A model generated the notes under the pieces. The model had not been told where the DNA came from, did no database searches, and saw only the letters and a list, made by a program, of their open reading frames with translations. The position numbers and the translations under genes are program-made. A DNA stretch of 64,000 bases, from NCBI GenBank assembly GCA_951406725.2, contig OX597830.1:3844001-3908000 (forward strand), read 5' to 3'. This stretch comes from Octopus vulgaris. Taxonomy: Eukaryota. Shown piece after piece: positions 41,100-54,130 of the stretch; within the stretch, counting starts at the first letter, position 1; each line of letters begins with the position of its first letter.

Positions 41100-41640
41100 G
41101 TTAATAATTTCAGAGTGTAAACAGTGATATACAACAGGTGTTTCTTCTTGACATCCATCTCAGATTTTCTTCATTAAATCTAATTGCTGTATCAACTGGC
41201 AATAAACCCCTAAAACACATGACATACTCATGAACAACTCATTTACAACTTGTTTTTTCCTTTCACATATCTCATAAAAATCAATGTCACTATTTTCATC
41301 AGGTAAATTCTCAGATATGAAAACAAACTCAACTTGTACCAGCCATTTTTTTAGTGCTGATAGCTTTGCATTATCCCAAACCTTAGCAATGAAACAGACT
41401 ACATCTTTCACGTTGTATTCTTTGTAAAAATCTTCATAGGTTTTACCACAACTCTCATAGATTTTCATGGAAACTAAACTGCACCTTCATAGACTGCAGT
41501 TTTCTGGGTTTTAGAGTTAAACCCACGATGAACAATTTGGTGGTAAAATGCTGTGAAAACATTGTTCTCACACAGGAGTTCAATTCTGAAGTGAGGAGCT
41601 GAACAGTTGTAAAGAATAAAAGGAATTTTCAGTTTTTCAT
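41100..41640 (-). pseudogene. Decayed Tigger/pogo (Jerky-like DDE_1) transposase fragment
   Basis: Minus-strand translations ILYNCSAPH..ELLCENNVFTAF (cf. LLLDNCSAHP) and FYKEYNVKDVVCFIAKVWD..LSALKKW (cf. YNIKDAI..IA.AW...TL...W). Confidence 0.6.
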
Positions 41641-42829
41641 AGAAGTGTAATGGGGAAGAGTGTGTATAAAGTTGACAGAAATGATCAGAGATAAAAGTGC
41701 AGTAAATGTCAATAATGAATGATGAAAGAGGGAATGGTAGCTTGAGATGCAGAAGGGTAATGTCGAATAGTAAGAGAGGACATGACTGATGAGTAGCTAA
41801 GAGGGCAATGATAACTGAGTGGTACTTATTTTAGGAGACCATGCAATTCTTTTATAATCAAGTATTGTGCTGGAGAAAGGACACTAATGGCAGTTCGAAA
41901 GAAAAGAGGCAGGAAATACAAATGATGGTGAAGGTAGGAACTGAGCATGAGCAGATGTAGTTTGTCTTTCATTTCATGGTTAGTAAGGTTCGATTGAATA
42001 GGGAATGGCATGGTAGAGAGATGAGAGTGTATTGGTTGAGCAAGAAAAGCACCAGGAGAAGAGTTAACAGGCACAAAATAGTCAAATGGCAGATATAGAT
42101 GTAATATTCCAGCCTCCTTTTCTACCACTATTTTAACATGTTCCACCATGCTGGAATGGTTTTGGCACTTTTTGTATTCATTCCTTGGACTCTATTTGGG
42201 ATGGTAAAGTTCCAAAAATCCATCATCAACATTCTAGACCTTCTCAGTCTCACCTTCATGGTGAAGTGTTTTTAGCTGTGTATTGCTAACACTTCTTAGC
42301 AACCAGATCAGCAAGACTGGTTTAGAGACATTATTGTTTGAATTTTGATTTTGACTAATCAATCATGTATTTTTATTTTTGTTTGTGACTAATGTTTGCT
42401 GTTTGTCTAATTAATTTAACATTGCACTGTTTTGTCTATTACATCCATCATTAATCCTTCATTCCAGCAACATTAATTATCTGTATGGATCACATAAGTC
42501 TTAGCTAAAGTAAGATACAAATGCACTTCACCCTGTAAATGGGAACATAAGGAGTAGCAACATCTTTGATAGTTTCTGACATGTTCTTTGAATAGAAAAA
42601 GCAACTTCTGTTGGACTCACTGTTTTAATATAACACACACATGCATTATGGTACTTTGGGTTAGTTTCTACTTCTTTGGACTAATAAATGCATTTTATGT
42701 ATATTTCATAGATGGAAACTGCAAGAGGTCTGGTGTGTGTGTGTGTGTGTGTGCTAATGTGCATGAATGTCATTATTTCATATTTGTCACTGCTTAAGCA
42801 AAATGATGATTATATAATATGTAAAGGGC

Positions 42830-43050
42830 ACCCATGTTGGTGCCGCATAAAAAGCACCTGTGCTGGTGCCACATAACAAGCACCCAGTACCCTCCATAAA
42901 GTGGTTGGCATTAGGAAGGGCTTCAAGCCATAGAAACCAGGCCAAAACAGACATCTGGAGCGTGATGTAGCTCCTTGGCTTGCCAGCTCTTGTTGACCTG
43001 TCAAACCCATGCCAGCATGGAAAACGGATGTTAAATTAGGATGGTGATAT
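42830..43050 (+). mobile_element. RTE-family 3' end fragment
   Basis: gtggttggcattaggaagggc...caaacccatgccagcatggaaaacggatgttaaa is the reverse complement of the RTE 3' end. Confidence 0.8.
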
Positions 43051-43837
43051 GGACATTCCTTGTTGATGCAATGATCAGTTGCTCTGCACTTTTGAAGATC
43101 TGTGGAATATATAAATCCATTATTTGCCAAAGAGTAAAACAAGGCTGGGGAGAGAGAAGGAGCATCCTGTTGAATATCCTGCTTTGAATAACTCCTTGCT
43201 TAACTTACACGAGGGTGGATGGGCAGAATGGGAAGAATTAAAATCAACAAACAAATGAAGGAAGGAGCTAATCATTTTAGAAAGCAAATTTCTAGGATAT
43301 CTTTTGAAATATCTGACAAGTAATCATATCAGAGTTTTATAAAGGAATTACAAAGAAAGAAGGGAATTTAAATGAAATTAGGGAATTAAAGGTCATTTTG
43401 GTAAAGAAAAATAATCAATAGTCTTTATTTTTTACTATTTTTATAATTTATTTAATCCTTTTTATGTGTTTTCTTAGACATAAGAGCTGCTTTTTCTGTA
43501 AGTAACTGGTTTTAGGATCTGTTGCCTTTCCAATCATTTGCAGAGAGTAAGTTCTATGAAATTGGTCAATATTTCCCAAAGGCAATATCAGCATCTCTTC
43601 TCTCTTCTACATATAGAATAAAAATTAAATACACATGCACACGAGTGCACATGTTGTTGCACATGTTGGTGCATGTTATTGCACACGTCTAAAATAGTCT
43701 CATTTCAAACTATATTTCTTCATTTGAAATCAATAGATATTTTTCCCCCTCTCGTACTCATATTTAGATATTCCTGTCACTGCAAACAGGTTAATACTAA
43801 CTTTCTAAAATGTAATGATTTTGTCCAGAGAGCACAT

Positions 43838-43854
43838 ACTCCTCCTCCTCCTCC

Positions 43855-43885
<31 letters not shown>

Positions 43886-45146
43886 ATTCTCCTTCCTCTT
43901 CTTCTTCTTCTCCTTCCTCTTCTTCTTCCTCCTCTTCTTCTTCTTCTTCTTCTTCTTCCTCCTCTTCTTCTTCTTCTTCTTCCTCCTCTTCTTCTTCTTC
44001 TTCTTTCTCTTCTCATTCTTCTTCTTCTTCTTCTTCTTCTTCTCCTCCTCTTCTTCTTCTCCTCCTCCTCTTCTTCTTCTTCTTCTTCCTCCTCCCCTCC
44101 TTTTCTGCTTCTTCTCCTCCTCCTCCTTCTCTTCTTCTTCTTCTTCTTCCTACTCCTCCCCTCCTTCTCTTCTTCTTCTCCCTTCTCTCTTCCCCGTCCT
44201 CTCTTCCCCCTCCTTCCCCTCCTCCTCCTCCACTTCTTTCTCCTCTTCTTCTTCTTTTTCTTCTTCTTCTTCTTCTTCTTCTTCTCCCTTCCCTTAACTT
44301 CTTCTTCTACTTCCTCCTCCCCCTCCTCCCCCTCCTCCCCTTCTACTTCTCCACTTCTTCTTCTTCTTCCTCCTCCCCCTCCTTTTCTGCTTCTTCTCCT
44401 CCTCCTACTTCTCTTCTTCTTCTTCCTCCTCTTCTTCTTCTTCTTCTTCTTCTTCTTTCTACTCCTCCCCCTCCTTCTCTTCTTCTTCTCCCTCCTCTCT
44501 TCTCACTCCTTCCCCTCCTCCTCCTCCTCCTCCTCCACTTCTTCCTCCTCTTCTTCTTCTTCTTCTTCTTCTTTCTACTCCTCCCCCTCCTTATCTTCTT
44601 CTTCTCCCTCCTCTCTTCTCACTCCTTCCCCTCCTCCTCCTCCTCCACTTCTTTCTCCTCTTCTTCTTCTTTTTCTTCTTCTTCTTCTTCTTCTTCTTCT
44701 CCCTTCACTTCTTCTTCTACTTCCTCCTCCCCCTCCTCCTCTTCTACTTCTTCTCCTCTTCTTCTTCTTCTTCTTCCCTCCTCCTCCTCCCCCTCCTCTC
44801 CTTATTTTTCTTCTTCTTCTTTTTCTCCTTTCACTTCTTCTTCTACTTCCTCCTCCCCCTCCTTCTCTTCTACTTCTCCTCCTCCTCTTCCTCTTCTTCT
44901 TCTTCTCCTCCTCCTCTTCTTCTTCTTCTTCCTACTCCTCCCCTCCCTCTCTTATTCTCCCTTCCCTCTCTTCCCCCCTACTCTTCCTCCACTTCTACCT
45001 CCTCTTCTTCTTCTTCTTCTTCTCCCCCTCCTCCTCCTTCTCCTCCTCTCCTTCTTCTTTTTCTTCTTCTTTTCTTCTTATTTTTCTTCTTCTTCTTCTT
45101 CTTCTTCTTCTTCTTCTTCTTCTTCTTCTTCTTCTTCTTCTTCTTC
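43838..45146. repeat. ~1.3-kb nearly pure polypyrimidine (CTT/CCT)n array with higher-order duplications
   Basis: Directly visible; explains spurious 535-aa ORF 43673..45280. Confidence 0.97.
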
Positions 45147-45454
45147 AGGATTGCGAGTGCATGAAACAAAGTTACCCTGTTTTAGTTGAAGACCTTTATG
45201 TTCTACATTCAAATGTGTTTCAGATTTGTCCCCTTGTGGATGATGAAATAAATACCAGTCAAATACTAGGGTCAATATAATTGAATCTTTTCTACCCCTG
45301 TGACTCCAGCACCAGGCAAAATAATGTTCCCACTGCATTTACACTCTGCCTTTAACCCTTCCAGGGTCAGTGAAACCGAATACCACAACAGGGGTCTCTT
45401 TTAATCATTCATCTTTTCTCACCATAGTTCTAGCTTTATCTTTCCCCTTTTATC

Positions 45455-45658
45455 TTTAACATGTCTTAGTTATTAGACTGTGGTCATGCTGGGGCACCAC
45501 CTTCAAGGACTTTTTAGTCAAATAAATTGACCCCAGTAATTTTTTAAACCCTGGTATTTATTCTATCAATTTCTTTCACAGAACCACTAAGTTATGAGGG
45601 ATGTAAACACCCCAACACCAGTTATCAAGTGGTAGTGGATGACAAATGCAGACACAAA

Positions 45659-45697
<39 letters not shown>

Positions 45698-45855
45698 TAT
45701 GGGCTCATTTCGGTTTCTATTTACAGAATCCACTGACAAGGCTTTGGTCAGCCTGAGGCTATAGTAGATTTGTCAAAGGTGCCATGCAGTGGAACTGAAC
45801 TCAAAACCATGTGGATAGGAAGTAAACTTCTTACCACCCAACCATGCCTTCACCT
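45455..45855 (-). mobile_element. tRNA-derived CORE-type SINE with internal (TG)n
   Basis: Minus head ggttgggtggtaagaag...GAGTTCAGTTCC..ggcacctttgacaa; homologous to 47415-47812. Confidence 0.8.
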
Positions 45856-46212
45856 ATGTAGATTATCATCATCATTAGAGTGTTTTCTCCTGGAAACAGG
45901 AGAAGGAAAGATCCAGAGAAGGGAAGACAGAGGAAAAAAAATCGCCAACGGTACACACAAGGTCACATTTTGAAACAGACACATATGTATACATATACAT
46001 ATATATATATATGTCTAAGATGTTACACTCATGATCATATGATTGTGGTTTTGGTTCATTTCATTTTGCTCAATCTTCTTACAAGGCTTTGGCTGGGCAG
46101 GGAGATGAAACTTGCCCATAGTTCCACTCAGTAGGATTGAACCTGAAACTACTTGGTTGGGAAATGAACTTCTTAAGCACTCAGCCATAGCTGTATCAAT
46201 ATTAGAGACAGT

Positions 46213-46422
46213 AAACTGACAGAAACATTTAGAGGGCGGGCGAAAAGCTTAGCAGTATTTCATCTGTTTTTATGTTCTAAGTTCAAATTCCACCGAGGTC
46301 GACTTTGCCTTTCATCATTTTAGGGTCGATAAATTAAGTACCAGTTGTATACTGGGACCAATCTAATTGACTAACCCCCTCCCCAAAAATGTTGGGCCTT
46401 GTACCTAGAGTAGAAAAGAATA
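46213..46422 (+). mobile_element. tRNA-derived SINE family A
   Basis: aagttcaaattccaccgaggtcgactttgcctttcatc...gtcgataaattaagtaccag...gggccttgtacctagagtagaaaag. Confidence 0.85.
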
Positions 46423-47151
46423 TTAGAGGGAATGATTGAAGTTATGTCTTTTAATGTTCTTAGTTTGAATCTCATGGGGGTTGACTTTGCCTTTAATCCT
46501 TTTGTCAGAGATCATTTACAAGTCATCCAGTGCAGATGTTTGAGAGAAGGAACATTAATTAAATATAGCCCTGCCCTAAGGATATGTTGTGTTGTACCAA
46601 TGTAAGTGGTTATTATCATTGTATGCCAATATCATTAGCAGGAATGTTATCTTGAGGTTTGGTGACAACAAGTCTCCTGAAATCCCTAGAATCTTCCTTA
46701 GGATTCTTACAGAATATAAAATGGTACTTTATTCTACAGATTGATAGTACCAGTCTCAATTCCAGTCTTTTCCTTACTATTCTCATCATTGTTGTCATCA
46801 TCGTTGCCACATTTGTTGTTGTTGTTAAAGAACTGGGTGACAGAGTCTGTACAGCACTTGACAAAATACACCATTTGCTATTTAGTTTACTCTTTCTTTA
46901 ATGCCTGAGTTCAAATTGGTGGAGTCATTTGTTTTCTTTTTGTTTTGTTTTTTTCTTTCTTTAATCTCTCAGGTGGGATCAATAAAATAACGAACAGCTA
47001 TTGTAACTGATTATCTCTTGAGGTCAGCTGCAGTCACACAGATCTATGATTAAAATATTTTATTTGTGATCATCCCTACTTTTTAAACATAACCTTATGC
47101 ACCCTTGTCTTGTTTGAAATTTCCAGCCCTTGTGGCAAAATTTGAAATGAA

Positions 47152-47368
47152 AGGCAGTCAGATGGCAGAAGTGTTAGCATTCTGCACAAAATGCTTAGCA
47201 GTAGTTCATCCAGCTTTAAGTTCTGAGTTCAAATTCTACCATGGTTGACTTTCCTTTTTATCCTTTCAGAGTCAATTAAGTAAGTGTAAGTCAAGCATTG
47301 GGCTTCATGTAATTGACTAATGCCCACCCCCTCAAAATTTCAGGCCCCCTGCCTCTGGTAGAAAAGAT
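47152..47368 (+). mobile_element. tRNA-derived SINE family A
   Basis: Same diagnostic blocks as 27814-28028. Confidence 0.8.
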
Positions 47369-47414
47369 TATCATCATCATCATCATCATCATCATTATTA
47401 TGATTCTTTTATTT

Positions 47415-47812
47415 TTTTACTTGTTTGAGTCATTTGACTGCAGCCATGCTGGAGCACCGTTTTCATTCGAGCAAATCGACCCTGGTACTTATTCTTTGTA
47501 AGCCTAGTACTTATTCTATTGGTCTCTTTTGCTGAACCTCTAAGTTACACACCAACATCGGTTGTCAAGCGATGTTGGGGTGGGGGGACAAACGCATAAA
47601 TGCACACAAACACATACACACATACAAACACACACACACGCACATATGTATATGACAGGCTTCTTTCAGTTTCTGTTTACCAAATCCACTCTCAAGGCTT
47701 TGGTTGGCCCAAGGCTACAATAGAGGACACTTGCCTTAGGTGCCACACAGTAGGACTGAACCCAGAACCATGTGGTTGTTAAGTAAGCTACTTACCACAC
47801 AGCCTCTCCTGT
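47415..47812 (-). mobile_element. tRNA-derived CORE-type SINE
   Basis: Minus head GGCTGTGTGGtaag...GGTTCAGTCC followed by ggcacctaaggcaagtgtc (CORE-like gaccttgggcaagt). Confidence 0.8.
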
Positions 47813-48199
47813 AATTATTATTTTTCTTCTTTTAATTTTGTTTCCCTTTCTTACCAAGTGTCTTCTTGACACCTAGGGCAAAGAAAGTCTGTATACATTG
47901 TTATGCCATTAAAATAAACACTCCTGATTCTTCATTTGCAAAGTCAAAATATGTGATAGAAAAAATAAGAAAAAAAAGAAAGAAAGAAAATAGGGAAAAA
48001 AGGAAAAACTAAAAATAAAAATTGAAGATAAAGAAAACAAGGGGGAGAAAAAGAAAGAAAATGCTCTTCTCAGTACATGTGATGTAACATTTACGACAAT
48101 CTTTTCCACTTCTTGCAAGGGCGGTTAGCTAGAAATTATTCTCAAATGATTTTCAGTTCCAATTTTGATCATGGTTTTGTTCTTTGTGTTGCACTGAGA

Positions 48200-50170
48200 A
48201 TACTCTATGTCTGCAATGCCTTAGTGTCACCATGCCTCTGAGGTTGTGAATATTTGTAATTCTTGCTGGAATTTCAATATTTCTGGCTTCAGCCCTTCCA
48301 TTCTGGTTATCTCTACTTCCAGACCTTTTTAATATGTAAAGTTTCACCATTTCCTTTCAGAGATTCATTATCTTTTTTAATTGGAAAGCACTTTTGTTCT
48401 TGACTGTTCTCAATAACAATATTTTGTTGATTAGTATTGATTTACCTGTCCGTGTGTTTTGGCTTATCTCAGTGACTGTGACCTTCTCTGCCATATACTT
48501 ACACCACTTCTTTCCAGTGGCCTACAGAAGTGACTAAAACTGGACACCAAGAGACAACATGGTTCAACTATTTCTTTCTGTCCTCTACAAATTCTGCAAT
48601 CACTTCATATCTTCCAATTCATTTCATTCTTTATATGTCCTTTCATTGTTTTCTTGTTGGAAGGCTTTCATCCTACATCACAATTAGGAATCATTTTGTA
48701 ATATGAATTTCTATGTCTGTTTCCACCCTGTTCAGTTTTCTAAGGTATTGACCATGTACGGGTTTTTCTTCCTATCACTTTATCATGACATTCTGAAGTC
48801 CCATTTTTAGCTTAGGTTTATAGCCATTTCAAAATTTATATTTTTGTAACACTTTTCCTTCACAACTATCAATAATTTTAGGTTTTGTCTGTATTTGTTG
48901 ATTTTTTTGAATTGTCTATATTTTGATGCTGTTTATGTTAGTTTTTCATTATTCTTTCACATATATTTTTGTAGACTTGTAGTATATATTGTCTAATAGT
49001 AGCTCTTGTGATTTTCTGTTTCCATGGCAAATATAAACTGTTGATATTGTATTTTGGGTAATGTACTCTAATTGTAAACATTCTTTTCTTTATTTTTCCT
49101 GTCTAGCCTTTTTTTTTTTTTACTTATTTACCTTTCGACTATAATTGATTTCTGGGATAACCAGAGTATTGATGACTTACCCTGTTGTATTTAATTCACT
49201 TTTAAGTATTAATATATGTCTATAATATAATATTCCTTTCTATTCTTTCATTTGTGTGCACTGTATACCATCTAATTCATTGATTCCTAAATATTTGTAG
49301 GCTGTAATTCTCTTAGCTCAATTTCTTCTTCTAGCATAATATTGGTTCCTAATTAATTTCATCTATTCAATATATCTAATCCAAATCTCATTTCAATTTA
49401 TCTAATAAAATCCATGTACTATCTACAGCAGTGTCTTTAGTTGTTTATGATCTGCTGTGTACAACTTCAGGTCATCCAAGATGGTTGAATGCTCTATCAC
49501 AGCATTTTGATCTCGTTCCAGTCCTGTCAGATGAAAGGAAAGGAGTTGAGGGAGCAGGCCACTTGGATAATTTCATTTCTTTTGCCCTTATCAGCAAAAT
49601 TGCTTGAGAGTTACTCATATGTTTTATGTCTCTTGTTACTGAAGCTACCTTACTCATGGCTGCTGTTCCTAGTTGGCAAATACTGTCAAGCATCTTTGAC
49701 CAATCAATCCATGCTTACACCATTCTTTCTTTTTCTGCAGTCTTCCGTTTTAGCTTTGTTGATCAGCAACTAATCTTTACAGTAGCATGAGCCTCTGCAC
49801 CATTCTTTGTGTTCTAGAAAACAAGTAATTTTTTTTTGTGTCTAGTTGCTTATTTACCTTCTGCAGTATTCTTCCAATTAAGGCTCTGAAGGCTGTAAAA
49901 GGCAAGTTTGGGTCTGTAGATTTTAGAGTTTCCTATTTACAGTGAACCAGTAAAGTGTTGTCTCTACCTCTTTTAATGTCTCATTAAGCATATTTTTTAG
50001 TTTCATATGTGTCCCTACTAAATATTTTAATCAGATGTTTAAAACTTTACCATTTCCTGGTCCATTCCAGTTTGCTTTTCTACAATATCTGGTCTGCTTC
50101 ATTTGTTGCTAAGGTAACTCATTCAATTGTTGAGATATTGTTGCTTTTCATACAAACAATTCTTATTTCT
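48200..50170 (-). pseudogene. Old, decayed Dong/R4-type element
   Basis: ccattctggttatctctacttccagacc (~48300) matches cacattctagttacctctatttccaggtc (~52260); aaatccatg...tacaacttcaggtcatcca (~49410-49480) matches the MDDLKLY region at ~53570-53640. Confidence 0.75.
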
Positions 50171-50317
50171 GGCATTCTTTGATTTCAATTATCTCTTTAG
50201 AATAGGAAATTAGTAGAACCAGAATTTGTTTCTCTGCTTTACAGTCTTAGTTCAAATCCCACCAAAGTTAAATTTGTCTTTCACTCTTCTGGGATCAATA
50301 AAATAAAGTAAAAAACA

Positions 50318-50562
50318 AGTAGTCCATCCTGCTCAAAAGGTTCTTGAATAAGGGTTAAGGATATTGAATGAAAGTAACATGTTTCCAGAGGTGAATTATT
50401 CAAACCCCAAAGAATTTTTCTCATCTCTTGGTTATGATGCTCCCCCATTATTTCTGCTCCTGATCAAAGATGCACATATCATCAGCCACTAAGGGATGTG
50501 TTCAACAGGTTAAGGTCAAGCAAATGACTAGCAAATCTTTGGTGCTGAGCAAAATATTTACT
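50318..50562. mobile_element. Unclassified interspersed repeat fragment bordered by (ATT)n
   Basis: Begins caagtagtccatcctg...gaataaggg, overlapping caagtagcccatcctgaataagg at the end of the 51672-51900 segment, suggesting two pieces of one family. Confidence 0.45.
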
Positions 50563-50582
50563 TATCATTATCATTATTATTA

Positions 50583-50632
<50 letters not shown>

Positions 50633-50651
50633 ATTATTATTATTATCAATC

Positions 50652-50857
50652 TAGCTGGCAGAATTTCTAGTATGCTGGGCAAAAATCTTAGCAGCATTTC
50701 ATCAGTCTTTATGGTCTGAGTTCAAATTCTGCTGAGGTCAGCTTTGTCTTTCATCCTTTCGGAGTCAATAAGTAAAGTACCAGAGAAACACTGGGATCAA
50801 TGTAATCAACAAGTCCCCTCCCACAAATTTTCAGGCCTCGTGCCTTTGGTAGAAAGG

Positions 50858-50858
<1 letters not shown>
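50652..50858 (+). mobile_element. tRNA-derived SINE family A between (ATT)n tracts
   Basis: agctggcagaat...ctgagttcaaattctgctgaggtcagctttgtctttcatcctttcggagtcaataag. Confidence 0.85.
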
Positions 50859-50907
<49 letters not shown>

Positions 50908-51010
50908 CATCGTTATTATTAGGAAGGCTTCAAGATGGCAGAATCATTAGCATGCTGGGCAAAATGCTTAGGAGCATTTTCTTCCAGCTCTTTACATTCT
51001 GAGTTCAAAT

Positions 51011-51420
51011 GGCAGACACCCATAAAATTATTAACCATCTTACAAACAATAATTCTGAGCACCTTTTCAAACTCCACCAATCTAACACCTGTGGACATGT
51101 TTACAAAGTTAGAAAACAGCACAGCTCCCATGAATTTAGGAAACAATTTTTCATGCTAAGAGTTTCTGAAGCATGGAACAAACTGCCGGCATCAGTTGTT
51201 AGCTGTCGGAGCACTGCATCCTTCAAAACTTCCATGCTTTCTGAGATTTGCCAACACTACACCTGATTTTTCTCCCCTCCATACACACACAAGCATGTAT
51301 CTGACTCATGCATTGTTCGCTTTCCAGACATTTGTACATTACTGCATATACTCTATACGCACTTTCTGACAAGTTGTGGTGCACCTGAGCACTGGATACA
51401 ATAATTTCATTATTATTATT
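51011..51420 (+). mobile_element. CR1/L2-group LINE 3' end inserted into a family A SINE
   Basis: ORF 51009..51266 TCGHVYKV...RKQFFMLRVSEAWNKLPASVV..STASFK is the typical CR1/L2 ORF2 C-terminus; 3' UTR ends in (att)n; host SINE halves at 50923-51010 and ~51426-51540. Confidence 0.85.
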
Positions 51421-51989
51421 TTTTTAATTCTGCCAATGTCAACTTTGCTTTTCATTTTTTCAGGGGTTGATAAATAAAGTACTGTGATTGATGTAACCGA
51501 CTATCTCCCAACCCCTAAAATTTCTGGCCTTCTGCCTAAATCATCGTCATTATTATCAAAATTACACAGCACCCTAATACTGGAGTTGAATAGATCAGGT
51601 GGTCTCTCTCAACAGGCATATTGCCTTCTGCTTCTGTTAGAAATTCTTATGAATTTATTATTATTATTATTGAGTGAGAGAGCAGCACAGCCCATCAAAT
51701 ATATGGGGTACAAATATATGAAGCCCAAAATACCCATTGTGACTACCCCTCTGATAAGGGTACACCAGGCACATGTATCACAACCATATGTGCACAACAT
51801 GGTGATCTTATATCAAAATAAACCTTGCATGTGGGTCCCAGTTAGAATTTTCTTCTGGTCAAGTAGCCCATCCTGAATAAGGATTGTTCAAGAAAGTCGA
51901 ACAAAATTAATATCATCATCATCATCATCATCATCATTATCATTATCATTATTATTATTATCATTATTATTATTATTATTATTATTATT

Positions 51990-53773
51990 CAGTAGTTTTA
52001 TTTTTATTTTTATAGCGTGCTTTCACTTCACTACCGAGCGCAGCTCTGTGTGCCTTGGGTATGTGCTGTGATTTGTTGTGATGGTTATTGTATGGAAAGT
52101 GTTCTGCGTAGGATGTGTGCAGTGCCTAGTAGTGCAATTTTCTGTATGTTATATGTGTTTGTAAGTCCTGGTGTTTTTGTTATGTATTTGTCTGAATATT
52201 TTTTTATCATGCCTAATGCACCTACTATGATAGGAATTGTTTCTGTTTTCAGATTCCACATTCTAGTTACCTCTATTTCCAGGTCTTTGTATTTTGAGAG
52301 TTTCTCCATTTCTTTTAGAGACACGTTGTCATCTGCCGGTACTGATACATCAATTAGAAAGCATTTTTTTTCTTCATGGTCTCTGACAACTATATCTGGT
52401 CTGTTGGCCTTAATTTCTCTATCTGTGTGTATCGGCATATCCCAGAGTATGGTTGCTTTCTCGTTTTCTGTGACCTTTTCTGGTGTGTGCCTATACCATC
52501 TTTTTTCTGTTGTTATTCCATAATGTTGGCATAGCTTCCAATGTATGTAAGTTCCAACTCTGTCATGTCTGTGAATATATTCCTTCTTAGCCAGGACTGG
52601 GCAGCTAGAGATAATATGATTTATTGTTTCTGGTCCATCTCCACATATTCTGCAGTTACTTGTAATATTTCTTTTCATTACATGTTTTTGGTAATTTCTG
52701 GTGGGGAGGCTTTGGTCTTGTGCTGCAATTAAAAATCCCTCTGTTTCTGCTTTGAGTCCTGAGCTTCTCAACCATTGCTGGGATTTTTCTTTGTCTATTT
52801 CTTTTGCGTTTAGTTTAGTCCAGTATTTACCATGAAGGGGCTTTTCTTGCCATCGTTTTATCATGGTTCGTTGCTGTTCTATTTTTAGTTTGGATTTCAT
52901 TTTTTTTATAGCTTTTGTTGTTTCTTCATCTTCTTCTTCTTCATGTTTATTAGGTGGTATGATTTCTTGTTTGTATTTGTCAGCTTCCTTAAATACTGAG
53001 AACAGTTTTTTGTTTTGCTCGTGTTTTGCCGCTATCTGGATCAGTTTTCCTTCCTTCTGAAGTAGATATTTTTGCAGTCCTATGGTGGTTATTTTATAGT
53101 AGTTTTCCAGCTGTATAAGGCCTCTACCACCTTCTATACGTTGTATATATAGTCTTTCTATGTCAGATTTTGGGTGATGCATCCTAGATCCTGTCATTAT
53201 TTTTCTTGTTTTCCTGTCTATTTTGGTCAGTTCATTTCGTGTCCAGTTAAGGATATTGTAGCTGTAACTTATAACTGGGACAGCTAAAGTGTTGATACCT
53301 ATTATCTTGTTTTTAGCATTGAGCTCTGTGTTTAGTATTGATCTAACTCGTCTATAATATTCTTTTTTATTTTCTCTTTCATTTGTGTGTGTTGTGTCTT
53401 ATCTAGTTCATGGACTCCTAAGTATTTGTAAGTTTGGCTTTGGTCTAATTCTTTTATTTCATTTGCTTCATCTAGTGTGATGTTGTTACTCTTAACAAGT
53501 TTTCCTCTTTTCATGGTTACTTTGGCGCATTTTTCTAATCCAAATTTCATATCTATTTCTTTGGTAAATCCATGAACTGTCTTTAATAGTGTTTCCAGCT
53601 GTTTGTCATTTGCAGCGTATAGTTTTAGGTCATCCATATATAAAAGGTGGCTGATCGTTTTGCCGTAACATTTATATCCGCATCCAGTTCTATTTAGCAT
53701 ATCAGATAGAGGTGACAGTGCCAAGCAGAAAAGGAGTGGAGAGAGCGTATCTCCCTGGAATATTCCTCTTCTA
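51990..53773 (-). mobile_element. 5'-truncated Dong/R4-clade non-LTR retrotransposon (RT + CCHC + restriction-like endonuclease) in (TAA)n
   Basis: GIFQGDTLSPLLF, HLLYMDDLKLY, YKYLG, CRIC..ETINHIISSC zinc knuckle, RHD, RPDIV..CFLIDVSVP, KLSKY; frameshift near 53360-53370; both flanks are (ATT)n. Confidence 0.95.
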
Positions 53774-53792
53774 ATTATTATTATTATTATTA

Positions 53793-53846
<54 letters not shown>

Positions 53847-53847
<1 letters not shown>

Positions 53848-54069
53848 GGCAGCGAGCTAGCAGAATCATTAACATGCTGGACAAAATGCTTTGCAGTATT
53901 TCGCCTATCACTCCATTCTGAGTTCAAATTCCACTGAGGTCAACTTTGCCTTTCATCCTTTTGGGGTCGATAAATTAAGTACCAGTTGAACACTCAGGTC
54001 AATGCAATCAACTCATTCTTTCCCCAAAAATTTGCTGCCCTGTGGCAAAATTTGAAACCATCACTATTA

Positions 54070-54130
<61 letters not shown>

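Noticed and set aside
43673-45280. 535-aa ORF, the longest in the window
   Set aside because: It is the translation of a (CTT/CCT)n tract that lacks stop codons; only L/P/S/F runs.
52017-52523. 168-aa plus-strand ORF, and ORFs 8876..9196 and 9641..10030
   Set aside because: Antisense shadows of retrotransposon ORFs.
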